Both the position numbers and the translations under genes were made by a program. The notes below the pieces were generated by a model. That model worked only from the letters and a program-made list of their open reading frames with translations, ran no database searches and was not told where the DNA came from. A DNA stretch of 64,000 nucleotides, taken from the NCBI RefSeq assembly GCF_006345805.1, contig NC_043002.1, positions 63,612,001-63,676,000 on the forward strand, in the 5' to 3' direction. Position 1 is the first letter of the stretch, and each line of letters opens with the position of its first letter. Positions 13,868 through 25,420 of the stretch are shown here, one piece after another. This DNA comes from Octopus sinensis. Lineage: Eukaryota.

Positions 13868-14813
13868 CTAGCAGCATAGCCCGGCGTTGCCCGGGTATGT
13901 AAGAGCCCCTAGTAGGCAACGACTAATCCCAATCTAGTCCTTTCCCTCCAGGGAAGGAAGGCGCATGTGTAGGTTGCAATGTCTTCTCTTCACTCGAATA
14001 ATTCTGTGTATACGATGCTCCTAGCTGTCCCTTTGGGCGAAAACATGGAAACATCATTGCGCCTCCCAACGCGTGAACAGCCCACGTAGAGTTGACCGTG
14101 GGCGAAGCACTGTTCGCCCAACTGTAACCCAGCAACTTGTAGCGTTTGGCCTTGGGATTTATTGATGGACATTGCGAAGCAGAGTTTAACAGGAAACTGA
14201 GAACGCCTGAAGTGGATTGGTAGGTCAGCGCCCGACGGTTGAAGGTGCATGCGTGGAATGAAGACGTCCTCTCTCTTCCCACAACCGGTAAGTATTGTGG
14301 CCGTTATTAAATGTGGCGGCAAATGTTTCACAACCAGACGTGTGCCGTTGCACTGTTTAGGTGGAACCAAATTCCTGATGAGCATAATGGGCGCTACAAC
14401 TTTTAACTTCAGGATGCGTGGCGGCAAGTGATTTCAGGAATTCAACAGGATAATTAGCAAGCTCGGCGGGGTCTGCTGTCCTATCAATAGATTTGTAGCC
14501 GTGAACATCACCAGAAATAGCTTCAAGTAGCTGGATATTGATGGAGTTGAGAGTTAAAAAGGTCGAGTTGCGTCCCCTAGACAGTCTGTGGTTTGTGTTT
14601 CTGATTCTGGACCCCATGTCGAAGTTATCGATTTTTTTCAGAACTGGGAGAACTTTTCAAAACTGTCGCTGCGTTAGTTTTGAATTATGACATTGGGCTA
14701 TGTGTTTGTCAAGTTTCATCAGAATCGGTTGAAAGCCGTGGTCAGGGTGAGGGTACAACCTGACAGACACACAGACACACAGACAGACAAACTGCCGTTT
14801 ATATAGAGAGAGA
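13868..14813 (-). mobile_element. Helitron deletion derivative with both termini, carrying a RepHel Pif1-helicase C-terminal fragment
   Basis: Minus strand: A|TC start at 14813; CCCGG-GCAACG-CCGGG hairpin and CTAG|T end at 13868; helicase fragment is in the same orientation. Confidence 0.92.
13990..14530 (-). pseudogene. Pif1-family (SF1B) helicase C-terminal fragment of Helitron RepHel, one frameshift near 14430
   Basis: YKSIDR..NYPVEFLKSL, then LKVVAPIMLIRNL..CNGTRL, FPVKLCFAMSINKSQGQTL and HGQLYVGCSRV motifs. Confidence 0.92.
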
Positions 14814-14831
14814 TATCGACGATATATATAA

Positions 14832-15013
14832 TAGGAGTAGGAGTGGCTGTGTGGTAAGTACCTTGCTTACCAACCACATGGTTCCGGATTCAGTCCCACT
14901 GCATGGCACCTTGGGCAAGTGTCTTCTACTATAGCCTCGAGCCGACCAAAGCCTTGTGAGTGGATTTGGTAGACGGAAACTAAAAGAAGCACGTCCTATA
15001 TATGCATATGTAC

Positions 15014-15070
<57 letters not shown>

Positions 15071-15125
15071 CGCGTGTGTGTATTTGTGTATACGTTTGTG
15101 TGTCTGTGTCTGTCGCCCCAACAAT
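14832..15125 (+). mobile_element. SINE family A, 3'-truncated
   Basis: Canonical head and body, internal (TA)n(TG)n. Confidence 0.9.
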
Positions 15126-15549
15126 GCGGGGACGAGAATTTGTCGAGTCTTTTCCTTGGCTTTTGAATTGCACTATAATTCTACCAACAGTAGCAAGAGA
15201 AATTTGAAGATTTTCGGCAATTTTCGCTAGCTAAGGCAAGCCTCAGATTGCCCAACAATACGACTTTTGAATATCTGAAAGTTCTGCTGATTTTTTTTTT
15301 TGCGCGTGGCATGGGTACACTTCGCATATGTTTAATATAATGGCAGTTGGAATGAAAAAGAAAAATTACATTGTAAATTCTACACCGCTGAAAACATATT
15401 AAGACGCTAATATCAGAAATTTTGAATATTAAATTCAATTACTTACTTACTGCATGTCTCTGTATGTGTGTGTATATATATATATATATATACAAACAAA
15501 CATATGTGTATATACATATATATATATATACAAACAAATATATTTGCAT

Positions 15550-15598
<49 letters not shown>

Positions 15599-15601
<3 letters not shown>

Positions 15602-16416
15602 CTGCCGATAAATTGGCGCGAGTACGATGATTTTGAAAATTTTAGGTTAGATATTGCCGAAGCGGTAGTGGTGCTGCCTCGTGTAAATATCTCTTCCGCC
15701 TGGCTTACTTTACTGATGATTCTGTTGGCCTATGGAAGATTGGCCTGATTTAATTTAACCAGGCTAATTTACCATTAAAAAACGATGAAACAATGCATTG
15801 TATAAAGTGATACAGGGTAAATGTTTTTTAATTTTCTCCTGATTTACGGAATTACTACTATTTTGCGGTTGAAGCCTTGGCTGTTATTTCTAGTGGGTTG
15901 AACGGCCTATTATGGCCGTTCCTTAATTTTGCTGTTGAAATTATAAATAGTCTCTGACTATTTCCTTTTTCTCACTAGACCGTTGGTAGCAAAATAATTT
16001 CTGCTGAATTTCTTTGCTACCCTATATTGATTAATTATGAATTTTCTGTTTAATTCCGAAATGGAATCGGCAGCTTATATTTGCTGCCGATAAATTGGCG
16101 CGAGTACGATGATTTTGAAAATTTTAGGTTAGATATTGCCGAAGCGGTAGTGGTGCTGCCTCGTGTAAATATCTCTCCCTCCTGGCTTACTTTACTGATG
16201 AATCTGTTGGCCTATAGAAGATTGGCCTGATTTAATTTAACCAGGCTAATTTACCATTAAAAAACGATGAAACAATGCATTGTATAAAGTGATACAGGGT
16301 AAATGTATTTTAATTTTCTCCTGATTTACGGAATTACTACTATTTTGCGGTTGAAGCCTTGGCTGTTATTTCTAGTGGGTTGAACGGCCTATTATGGCCG
16401 TTCCTTAATTTTGCTG
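15599..16416. repeat. Head-to-tail 482-bp tandem repeat (1.7 units) between (AT)n tracts
   Basis: 15601 GCTGCCGATAAATTGGCGCG recurs at 16083; about 5 mismatches in the 336-bp overlap. Confidence 0.95.
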
Positions 16417-16470
<54 letters not shown>

Positions 16471-16564
16471 GTATATATATACATATATATATAAGCATAT
16501 ATATATAATATATATATACTTATATATATATATATTATATATATATTATATTTATATATATATA

Positions 16565-16658
<94 letters not shown>

Positions 16659-16664
16659 TATATA

Positions 16665-16830
16665 AATTTAATCCAAACAAGAAAACAAAAAGACAACAAC
16701 GTGAGGATGTGGAACAAATAAAGTATTATTGGACGCTCAGGAAAGAAGGGAGGAAGAAGGGTATGACGTTTCGAGCGGAGCTCTTCGTCGGAAACATAGG
16801 AGAAAGAAAGATCCCGAGGTGGGAGGACAG
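16665..16830 (-). mobile_element. Short repeat with hammerhead-ribozyme-like motif (Penelope-associated type)
   Basis: Minus strand GTTT CCGACGA A GAGC-TCC-GCTC GAAAC GTC; sister copy at 30160-30340. Confidence 0.65.
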
Positions 16831-16869
16831 AGGAAAAAAAATTGCAAGTGGTTTTCACGAGGTCACATA

Positions 16870-17110
16870 CATGTGTATACGGTGTGCTGGAATTGGCCCA
16901 GGGCATATCTAAATATATCACATGACTCACCTAGCGTAGGAATTTTATTAAATTTCATATTACAGCCATTATTTGGACCCCACAGCTCATTCGTATACAA
17001 AGATATAGGCTGCAAAGATACATTCGGTTGTAGGTGGTAAACCTGGGAAAGTTTGGAGAACTTGTCCAAGATCTGTTTGAATGTCTTCTTTCTCTTATGT
17101 GTTTGTCACG
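16870..17110 (-). mobile_element. Possible degenerate 3' end of a CR1/L2-type LINE
   Basis: KHIR..TFKQILDKF resembles the FKxxLDKF C-terminal motif. Confidence 0.4.
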
Positions 17111-17139
17111 ATGTTAAACAGAGCAGTGCCATTTTACCA

Positions 17140-17310
17140 AAAAACAAAAAGATGAAGACATGTGTTAACAATAAGCAGGTGTATTAGTTTGACGCTTGGG
17201 AAGGTGAAAGTCGTTTGCGTTTCGAGTCTAAGCTCTTCAACAGAGAGGAATAAGAGAAATTACAGAGAATAAAACAAACAAAAAAAATTCGGATTTAGCG
17301 GTCAATCATG
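17140..17310 (-). mobile_element. Short repeat with degenerate hammerhead-like motif (second subfamily)
   Basis: Minus strand CTGTTGAA GAG-CTTAGA-CTC GAAAC GCA; homologous to 38845-39045 and 29675-29765. Confidence 0.55.
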
Positions 17311-17539
17311 CCCACTGGCTGGGTTTGTGCACATACACATACATACACATATATATAAATTCAAACACGCACACACGTGGAGAGAATCCACCTAAATTAT
17401 TGACTTAGCAAAACGAACGAAAAATAAACAGCAACTACTGTCACCATGAGGAAAATAGCCCCAAAGAAACTTCACTGGGCAGAAAATAACGTTATTCCGC
17501 TCAACAGCTGGCTTGACTTTTCCAAAAATATATATACAT

Positions 17540-17762
17540 TTTTTTATTGCCCACAAGGGGCTAAACATAAAGGAGACAAGTAAGGACAGACGAACGGATT
17601 AAGTCGATTACATCAACCCCAGTGCGTAACTGGTACTTAATTTATCGACCCCGAAAGGATGAAAGGCAAAGTCGACCTCGGCGGAATTTGAACTCACAAC
17701 GTAACGGCAGACGAAATACGGCTACGCATTTCGCCCGGCATGCTAACATTTCTGCCAGCTTT
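17540..17762 (-). mobile_element. SINE family B, well preserved
   Basis: Close match to 8982-9215 in reverse. Confidence 0.9.
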
Positions 17763-17764
17763 CA

Positions 17765-20310
17765 AAAAAGCCAACACACAAAGCTTATGCATCAGTGAAG
17801 CTGCTTCTAAAACTGCCCCACTTTTTGACAATCAAGCAGCAGAACAAGTGGAATCTAAATTCAAGCATATTTTGAAATCCTACCGCCTCGTTAAGGAGCA
17901 ACTTAATATTCGCCGATTCTACTAAACCGAAACAATCTACCGCTACAGGCGTATTAACTGTCCAACCGACTAATACCCTGATACCAAAATCTGCTCATTT
18001 CATGGTTACCATGACAACCACTTCCTCATACCCATCACCAGTAACATCACTACCATCATCATTACCATCACCAACAACACCACTGCGATCATCCTCATCA
18101 TCACAAGCAACATAACTGCTATCGCCATCGTCACCACCAGCACCATCACCGCTACTATTATCGACGCCAGTGCTGTTGCCGGCGCCATCGTCACCATCAG
18201 ATACTGCTACTGTCTCAAGCAGCACAATCCTTACCGGTCCTTCACCGTTACAACCGAATATGATGCGTAACATCTTAGCCCAACCAAATTCACCAAGAAT
18301 AACCCTTACCACACCGTTCTCAGAACCATTCACCTCCAAATTTTCCGTAAACAAGCAATTGTTATATATCTTACACTCACAAATAAAACAAAACCTAAAA
18401 ATCTGCCGTAATTCCCACTGTGAGAGGATGTGTTTGCAGCACTCGCCTCCGAAGAACTTGACACGTCAACTATGGAATATCCATGAATAGACAACCACAT
18501 CACTCTCCTCTTACAGAAACAAAAATGAAATCCCGATTTCTGCCGCTATTCTCTTCATGAGAGAATATGTTTGCAACAAATCTGCCCTTTTACCCACCTA
18601 TCGGGATTTAGACGCCCCATTAGTAAATATAGTGGCACTAAAAAAAGTGGTAATACTGTGAGTGCTCCCACCAACAGATGCAACCACGTCAAACCTGCTC
18701 CTTAGCCCAACTCCAAAAAGTCCAATCACCACAATAACTGCATCGCCTCCTACTGCAAAAATGGTCCGTTTCCCCCCCACAGAAAATGAGGAACAGAAAA
18801 GCAAGCCGAAAAAATAAATCTAATAACAAATATATTTGCAGCCGCATCCAGCACTAACCACTGCAGTGAATCGAATTGCCAACCTCTTTTTTAGCCATGT
18901 TGAATCTGGCGAAAGAAATCCAGAAAAGTATTTATTCTCTACTACCAGCCCAAGGCGAAAAACAACCTTGCTACTTTCACTGAGTAGCAACAGCATCAAC
19001 AACAACAACAAACATGATGTGCTGGTCCTGAAGAAACGCAACGACGGTGCTGTCTGGACAAGGATCATACCGGCTGAATGCCCAAGGTATCAACCCAGCC
19101 ATCAAGGCTCAAAAATGGAAAATATCTTACATTGAGGGGTGGATTGCAGCATACTCACAATCAATCACTTACTTTGTCCTAACTGAGACCCACCTAAACG
19201 ACTTTCATTTAGAGGCTGAACTGAAAATCAGAGACTTCACTGCCATTCGCGCTGACCGGGCAGACCAAAGATGTGGTAGACTTGCTGTTTTCGTCCATCA
19301 TTCATTCAGTGCAGATGCCAAGACAATTTTACTCTGTACACAACAAGGATAAAGACCTGTCTGTCACTGGGCTCTACATGCCTCCACAAATCTTCCCTCC
19401 TGCAACATAACTCAAGAAATATTCTGATGACGGGCGACTTCAACCTATCCTCTGTAGATTGGTCCACTAATATTGTTAGACTAAGGACCTTCAACTCAAG
19501 CTCATACAAAACAGCAGAGGAGTTACTTTTCAAATATATGGATAATATTTTCCTGTCATAATTCGTCCACGAAGCAACCAGAAACAACCAAAGTGTCTTG
19601 CATGTAATTCTAAGCAATCAATGTAAAATTATCCATCGCATCGCAGTAGAAAGAACTCGCCTGTCCGATCATGACATAGTATTCTGTAACCTGAATTTTC
19701 AGCATCCAAAACTTTGGCATAAAACACAAACACCAGTACACCTATTTGATAATGTGAATGTACACAAGTCAAACTGGAGAGCAATCATTCAAGACTTATC
19801 GCAAATGGAGTGGTTCTTCACCCTTGCTTCCTCCAATACCACAACAAACACAAACGCATGGCAACTAGTTGAGGACACAATCACCCACATATGCTCAAAA
19901 ACAACATCCTCGCAACTCATAAATAACAGTAAATGCAGGATTTCAAAACAGAAAAGCGCTCATCAGAAGAATAAAAAGAATAAACCGAAACATCAATACT
20001 CTAAAGTAACACCATCAACATCAACGCCATCAACTTTGGATTCAAGGAAGCAACAACTGCAGGATTGTATGAGAACCCTCATGAGCTACTAAAGAGCTGC
20101 AGCGTAAGCCTAGGCTATTAAAAACATCAAGAAAAAATCCTAATGTCGTTTACCCCATTGCAACAACACATGGAACCACAGTTTCCTTTATCGACCCACT
20201 GATTGACGGAAGCGGCATCTTTCGCAGTGATGCCAAAGACATGACTGAGATCCTGTAAAGTCAATATTGCTCCGTTTTCAATGACCCTGATTCACTCTAC
20301 TACAGTGGAC
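17765..20310 (+). mobile_element. Degenerate CR1-type LINE: ORF1 with Cys/His motifs plus ORF2 APE endonuclease, truncated before RT
   Basis: ICRNSHCERMCLQH (about 18400) and CRYSLHERICLQQICPFTHL (18541); FVLTETHL, MTGDFNLSSVDW, LSDHDIV; IKKNPNVVY..DPL..MTEIL*SQYCSVF linker; many stops and frameshifts. Confidence 0.8.
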
Positions 20311-20424
20311 CATGGTGTCTCGAAATAATTAATTAAAATACTTTTCTAATTGGTGCTATTGAGATAGTCATGATCTGGACCGGTAATGGCCAAGACCAAT
20401 CTAAGATGTGTATATATATGTGCG

Positions 20425-20469
<45 letters not shown>

Positions 20470-20572
20470 GTGTGTGTGCGTGTGTGTGCACGCGTATGAG
20501 TCTATGTGTGTGTATCTATATATGTATATCCATATATATGTGTATACATATGTATATGTAATATATATCAAT

Positions 20573-20640
<68 letters not shown>

Positions 20641-21164
20641 CATATATATATATATTACATATATATATATTACATTTCTTTGAGACTGCTTGTTCGTCGG
20701 AGGCTGATATAGTTGATACAGTGAATTAATACTACAATACCCTCTCTAACTAATCGTAACGAAGCAACCGGCTTTATGTAACGCCAATAATCGCCAATAA
20801 ACAAAAGTTACCCAACCATTAAGGAGTCCTCTTCATTTTTGAATATATCATCTGGATATGAGATATGATCTGATTCGATAACATAATAGTATCATTATAT
20901 GATAAATTGTCAATTTGATACGATGAAATTGCCAGATATTGTCAAATGTTTACGTTAAATAAATTGATGCTATTTTCTTTTGTTCTTTGTTCTCTTTTAT
21001 TCAAACATAGGACTATAACAGTGCAAAGGAATTGCTGTTTTAAAGAGCGTAGGATTTAGATTTCATGATTAAAGATTACTTTTATATGTCGATTTGCAAG
21101 ATATGAAACTATAATTATGATTACATATATGTATTATATATATATAAATATGTGTGTATTTATA

Positions 21165-21209
<45 letters not shown>

Positions 21210-21230
21210 ATATATATAATATATATATAT

Positions 21231-21295
<65 letters not shown>

Positions 21296-21722
21296 ATATA
21301 TATAATATATATATATATTATATAATATATATATATATATATATAATATATATATATATATAATATATATATATCGTATGTATGTAATTTTGGGTAAATA
21401 TGTATGCACTTACAGAGTACGTGATGCAGATAGTGAGAGAGAGAGAGCGATAAAGAGAGAGCAACAATGAGCGTTAGAATGGGTGTTAGGGTATGGTTGA
21501 CAGATATAGATAGATATTCGATGGGCGTTATTATTATTTTTTATGTTGTTTGTGAATTTTGAAGATGAATATCTGGAATTATGAAATCATTTTCCTGCAT
21601 TGCATTTCACATTTCAGGTTTGTAATTAGATTTTAGAGATGCTAAATGTCTGCCAATCATCGTACAAATAGATATGTCTTTTTGTTTCGTCATTTTTGCA
21701 TACTCACACCCCAAAATATATA

Positions 21723-21834
<112 letters not shown>

Positions 21835-21844
21835 CATAAGCACA

Positions 21845-22000
21845 TGAGTGGCTGTGCGGTAAGTAGCTTGTTTACCAGCCGCATGGTCCCGTGTTCATGC
21901 CTACTTCGTGGCATCTTGGGCAAGTGTCTTCTACTATGATTCGGGCCGACCAAAGCCTTGTGAGTGGATATGGTAGACGGAAAGTTAAAGAAGCCCGTCC

Positions 22001-22058
<58 letters not shown>

Positions 22059-22310
22059 TTATATATATATATATACATATATATGCATGTATTTATGTGT
22101 GTGTGTGTTTGTGTATTTTTGTTTGTCCCCCAAAATCGCTTTACATCCGATGGTGGCGTGTCTGTGTCCCCGGTAAAAGAGAGCGATAGAATACGTCCTA
22201 GGCTCACAAAGTATAAGTCCTGGGGTCGATTTGTTCGTCTCAAAGTGGTGCTCCAGCATGGTCACAGTCAAATTACTTGAACAAAGAAAAAAAATAAAAG
22301 AGTAAAATAA
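21845..22310 (+). mobile_element. SINE family A, full length
   Basis: Head, (AT)n(GT)n core and tail match other copies. Confidence 0.9.
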
Positions 22311-22431
22311 AACAAATAAAAGAATACATAAATGCATTCATAGATATTCAAATATACAGATCTATCTATATATAAGCATATAAATTTGCATATTAATATT
22401 TAAGATATTATGATATATATATATATATATA

Positions 22432-22471
<40 letters not shown>

Positions 22472-23304
22472 CATATATATATATACACACACAAAGAGGC
22501 GCACGCACAACATATATGTGTGTGCTTGTGTGTGTATGTGTTTGAATATATTATATTTCTTTATAATCAACCATGAACCTAGCCTGTAGCACAAACACAA
22601 ATCCACGCACACAAAGTGGCGAAGAGAGAATATATATGATGAATGAGAGTTAACGGGAAGAAGGAGAGAGAAATTGAGAGAGGCGCTGACAAATATGAAT
22701 TAGGCAATAACATTTTGCTTATAGACACAGACACTGAAACACACGCATACGAAGCTATCACCCACGAACACCCCCACCCACCCCCACCCCCACAAACACA
22801 CACCGAAGCTGAGTGATCAATAAAATTGTATATGTGCATATACACAAAACGACACGGTTCCATCTCAGAGAAGTGTCATTCCACTCTTTTTGTAATAGTA
22901 CCTATTTGTGCATGCAGGTATTGAGTGAGGGGAAACAGACACAAAGGGAGAAAACACAGAGGGTGAGAGAAAATGATGATGATAGAGAAAATGACGGTGT
23001 GAAAACATGGGTAGAGTTCAGGATTTAGATGGAATAAATTATTTTATTGATGTCTATTACATTGTCACTTATGAAAACACGATTACAGTGAGGTAATGTG
23101 GTGAGAATGTTGTTTAATTTAGTTATTTTCGAAAATAATATTTTAAGGATTCAGATAAATTCCAATCTGTTATTTGGAAATGAAATTATTTCTCTCCTAA
23201 ATTTTCTGTTTACATGATAAGTTACAGACAGAATCGCAGATACATGTATGAAGCGTTGATGAGAAATTTTTCGGCAACTATAGAAATGATTGCTCACACA
23301 AAGA

Positions 23305-23359
<55 letters not shown>

Positions 23360-24176
23360 ACACACTATAGTCCCCCTCATTCTTTCTTTCTCTTTTCTTT
23401 TTCTCTCTCCCCCTCTCTCACATTTCTTGGCCTTCTCTTTCTTTAACTCCCTCATTTCCTCCTCGATTATCTCTCCTGTAGCTTTCCCTTTGTTTGTTTG
23501 ATTTTTTTTCTAATCCTTCTATCCCGTTGCCCCATACCCGTCTCTCCTCCTTTCACGTGACTGGTGTTCGGCCAACCATGATCTTTCTTTCTTTGTCTGA
23601 CTGCTGACTGCCAACACCACTTATGTCCATCTCCTATATTCATGCCTCAACATTTTCGCTTTATACACGGCGAATCAATTTGATTCGTCCTCATTAGTCA
23701 AAATACACCTGTTGTTATATTCTTATTGTTTGTATTTGTAATTGTGTGCCATGTTCTCCAATTTTCTGTCTTTGTGGTCGTACATATTTGCTAGCTTTCT
23801 GCAAGAGATCTAATGCTGAGACTTTGGAGGTGCTGGTGGTGGGCAATCAGATCGAATAACCTCAAGCGGAACTGCTCAAAACTGTAAGGACATATGGTAG
23901 CTGGACTGACGAAATGTCACGAATGACGCGTCCTTTATTTCCTGTCCCTCTAATTGTTGTGTTTTCCTCTCTGCTCCTTTATCATGTATGTTTTATTGTC
24001 CATTATTGCATTTCTATTCTTTTAGCTCCTTAGCAATATAGCTGTTGTAAGCACAATTATAGGTAACTATAGCTTTCTATTTTGGTTACACATTGCATAC
24101 GGCTGTCTATATTGATTATACGCACACAAACACACGTACATATATATATATATATATATGTATGTCTATATGTATA

Positions 24177-24240
<64 letters not shown>

Positions 24241-24326
24241 TGTGTATATATTATATATATATATTGATATATATATATATATATATATACATACATATAT
24301 GCATATACACATATGCATAAATTAAT

Positions 24327-24366
<40 letters not shown>

Positions 24367-24599
24367 TTATATCATCACAATCAAGGAATGGCCATAATAG
24401 GCCATTCACCCACTAGAAATAACAGCCAAAGCTTCAACCGCAAAATAACATTAATTCCGCAAACCAGGAGAAAATTAAAAAAACATTTATTTATATATAT
24501 TGTTATATTTCGGAATGGTCATTTTGCCAGTTTAGCCAATAAAAACACACGCACTATATATTTGGTGTTACTTTACTTCAGTGTTATTTATTTTTTACA

Positions 24600-25306
24600 T
24601 TAATCTTAATCTTATTTCGGCCAGAGTTCTTTCGTCACACTCCTGTGACCGCATCAGTGATCCTTTGTTTTCTTCTTTCTTACTTGTGTCTCTCTTTACT
24701 AACAGTCAGCAATTTTGTATTTCTATTGTATGTCTTCATTTTCGCATGCTTATATCTCTATGTGCGTCTATGTTTATTTAGTGCCTGTGTGGGGGTGATG
24801 CCTGTAATATTTGTATCTTCTGTTTATATACGGTCATGTAATTTGTTTTTGTTGTTGTTGTTTTGGTTTATTCTTTTTTTCATGTGTTTACATCTCTTTA
24901 TTATTATCATTACATATGCTTGTATGTATGTATGTATGTATGTATGTATAACAACAATACTAGTAATAATAATAATAAATTTTAAAAAATCAAAGCAAAA
25001 AAAAATAATATAGTTATTTATTTATATTTGTTTATTTATCTGTCATATGTTGTGGTGTGTGCTAGTGTTCCATTCTAGTTTTCTATTCAGGCTAGGCTTA
25101 TTTTCTATTATGTGTGTAGCTTCTGTAATTTGTCTGATTGTTGCATCTGTTCTATGTGTGGACAATATTTTAATTGCTATGTTGTTGATTGATCCTCCGT
25201 GTTCCTGTTCGGCGTGTTGGTACAGAATCTCTGAGCTTTTACCTTCCTTGACTTGTCTCCAATGCTCATTTACCCACTCTCCTATGCTTCTTGCACAACA
25301 AATATA
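24600..25306 (-). mobile_element. Penelope-like element 3' relic: GIY-YIG C-terminal part, 3' UTR and hammerhead-like motif
   Basis: See 25043-25306; CTGATGC G GTCAC-AGGAGT-GTGAC GAAA at 24619-24660 on the same strand. Confidence 0.75.
25043..25306 (-). pseudogene. GIY-YIG endonuclease fragment, Penelope-like type (absent from the ORF track, no ATG)
   Basis: My translation: [87 protein letters not shown]; fits the YIGExxRS..R..EH...H...H...RQxxEA..I...P.LN pattern. Confidence 0.8.
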
Positions 25307-25316
25307 TAAACGTACT

Positions 25317-25379
<63 letters not shown>

Positions 25380-25386
25380 TATATAT

Positions 25387-25420
<34 letters not shown>

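Noticed and set aside
14832-14910. SINE heads as tRNA genes
   Set aside because: Only A/B-box remnants fused to SINE bodies; no complete cloverleaf
15599-16416. Tandem repeats here and at 40090-40730 or 41889-41974 as CRISPR-like arrays
   Set aside because: No constant repeat with unique spacers, no cas genes, eukaryotic context
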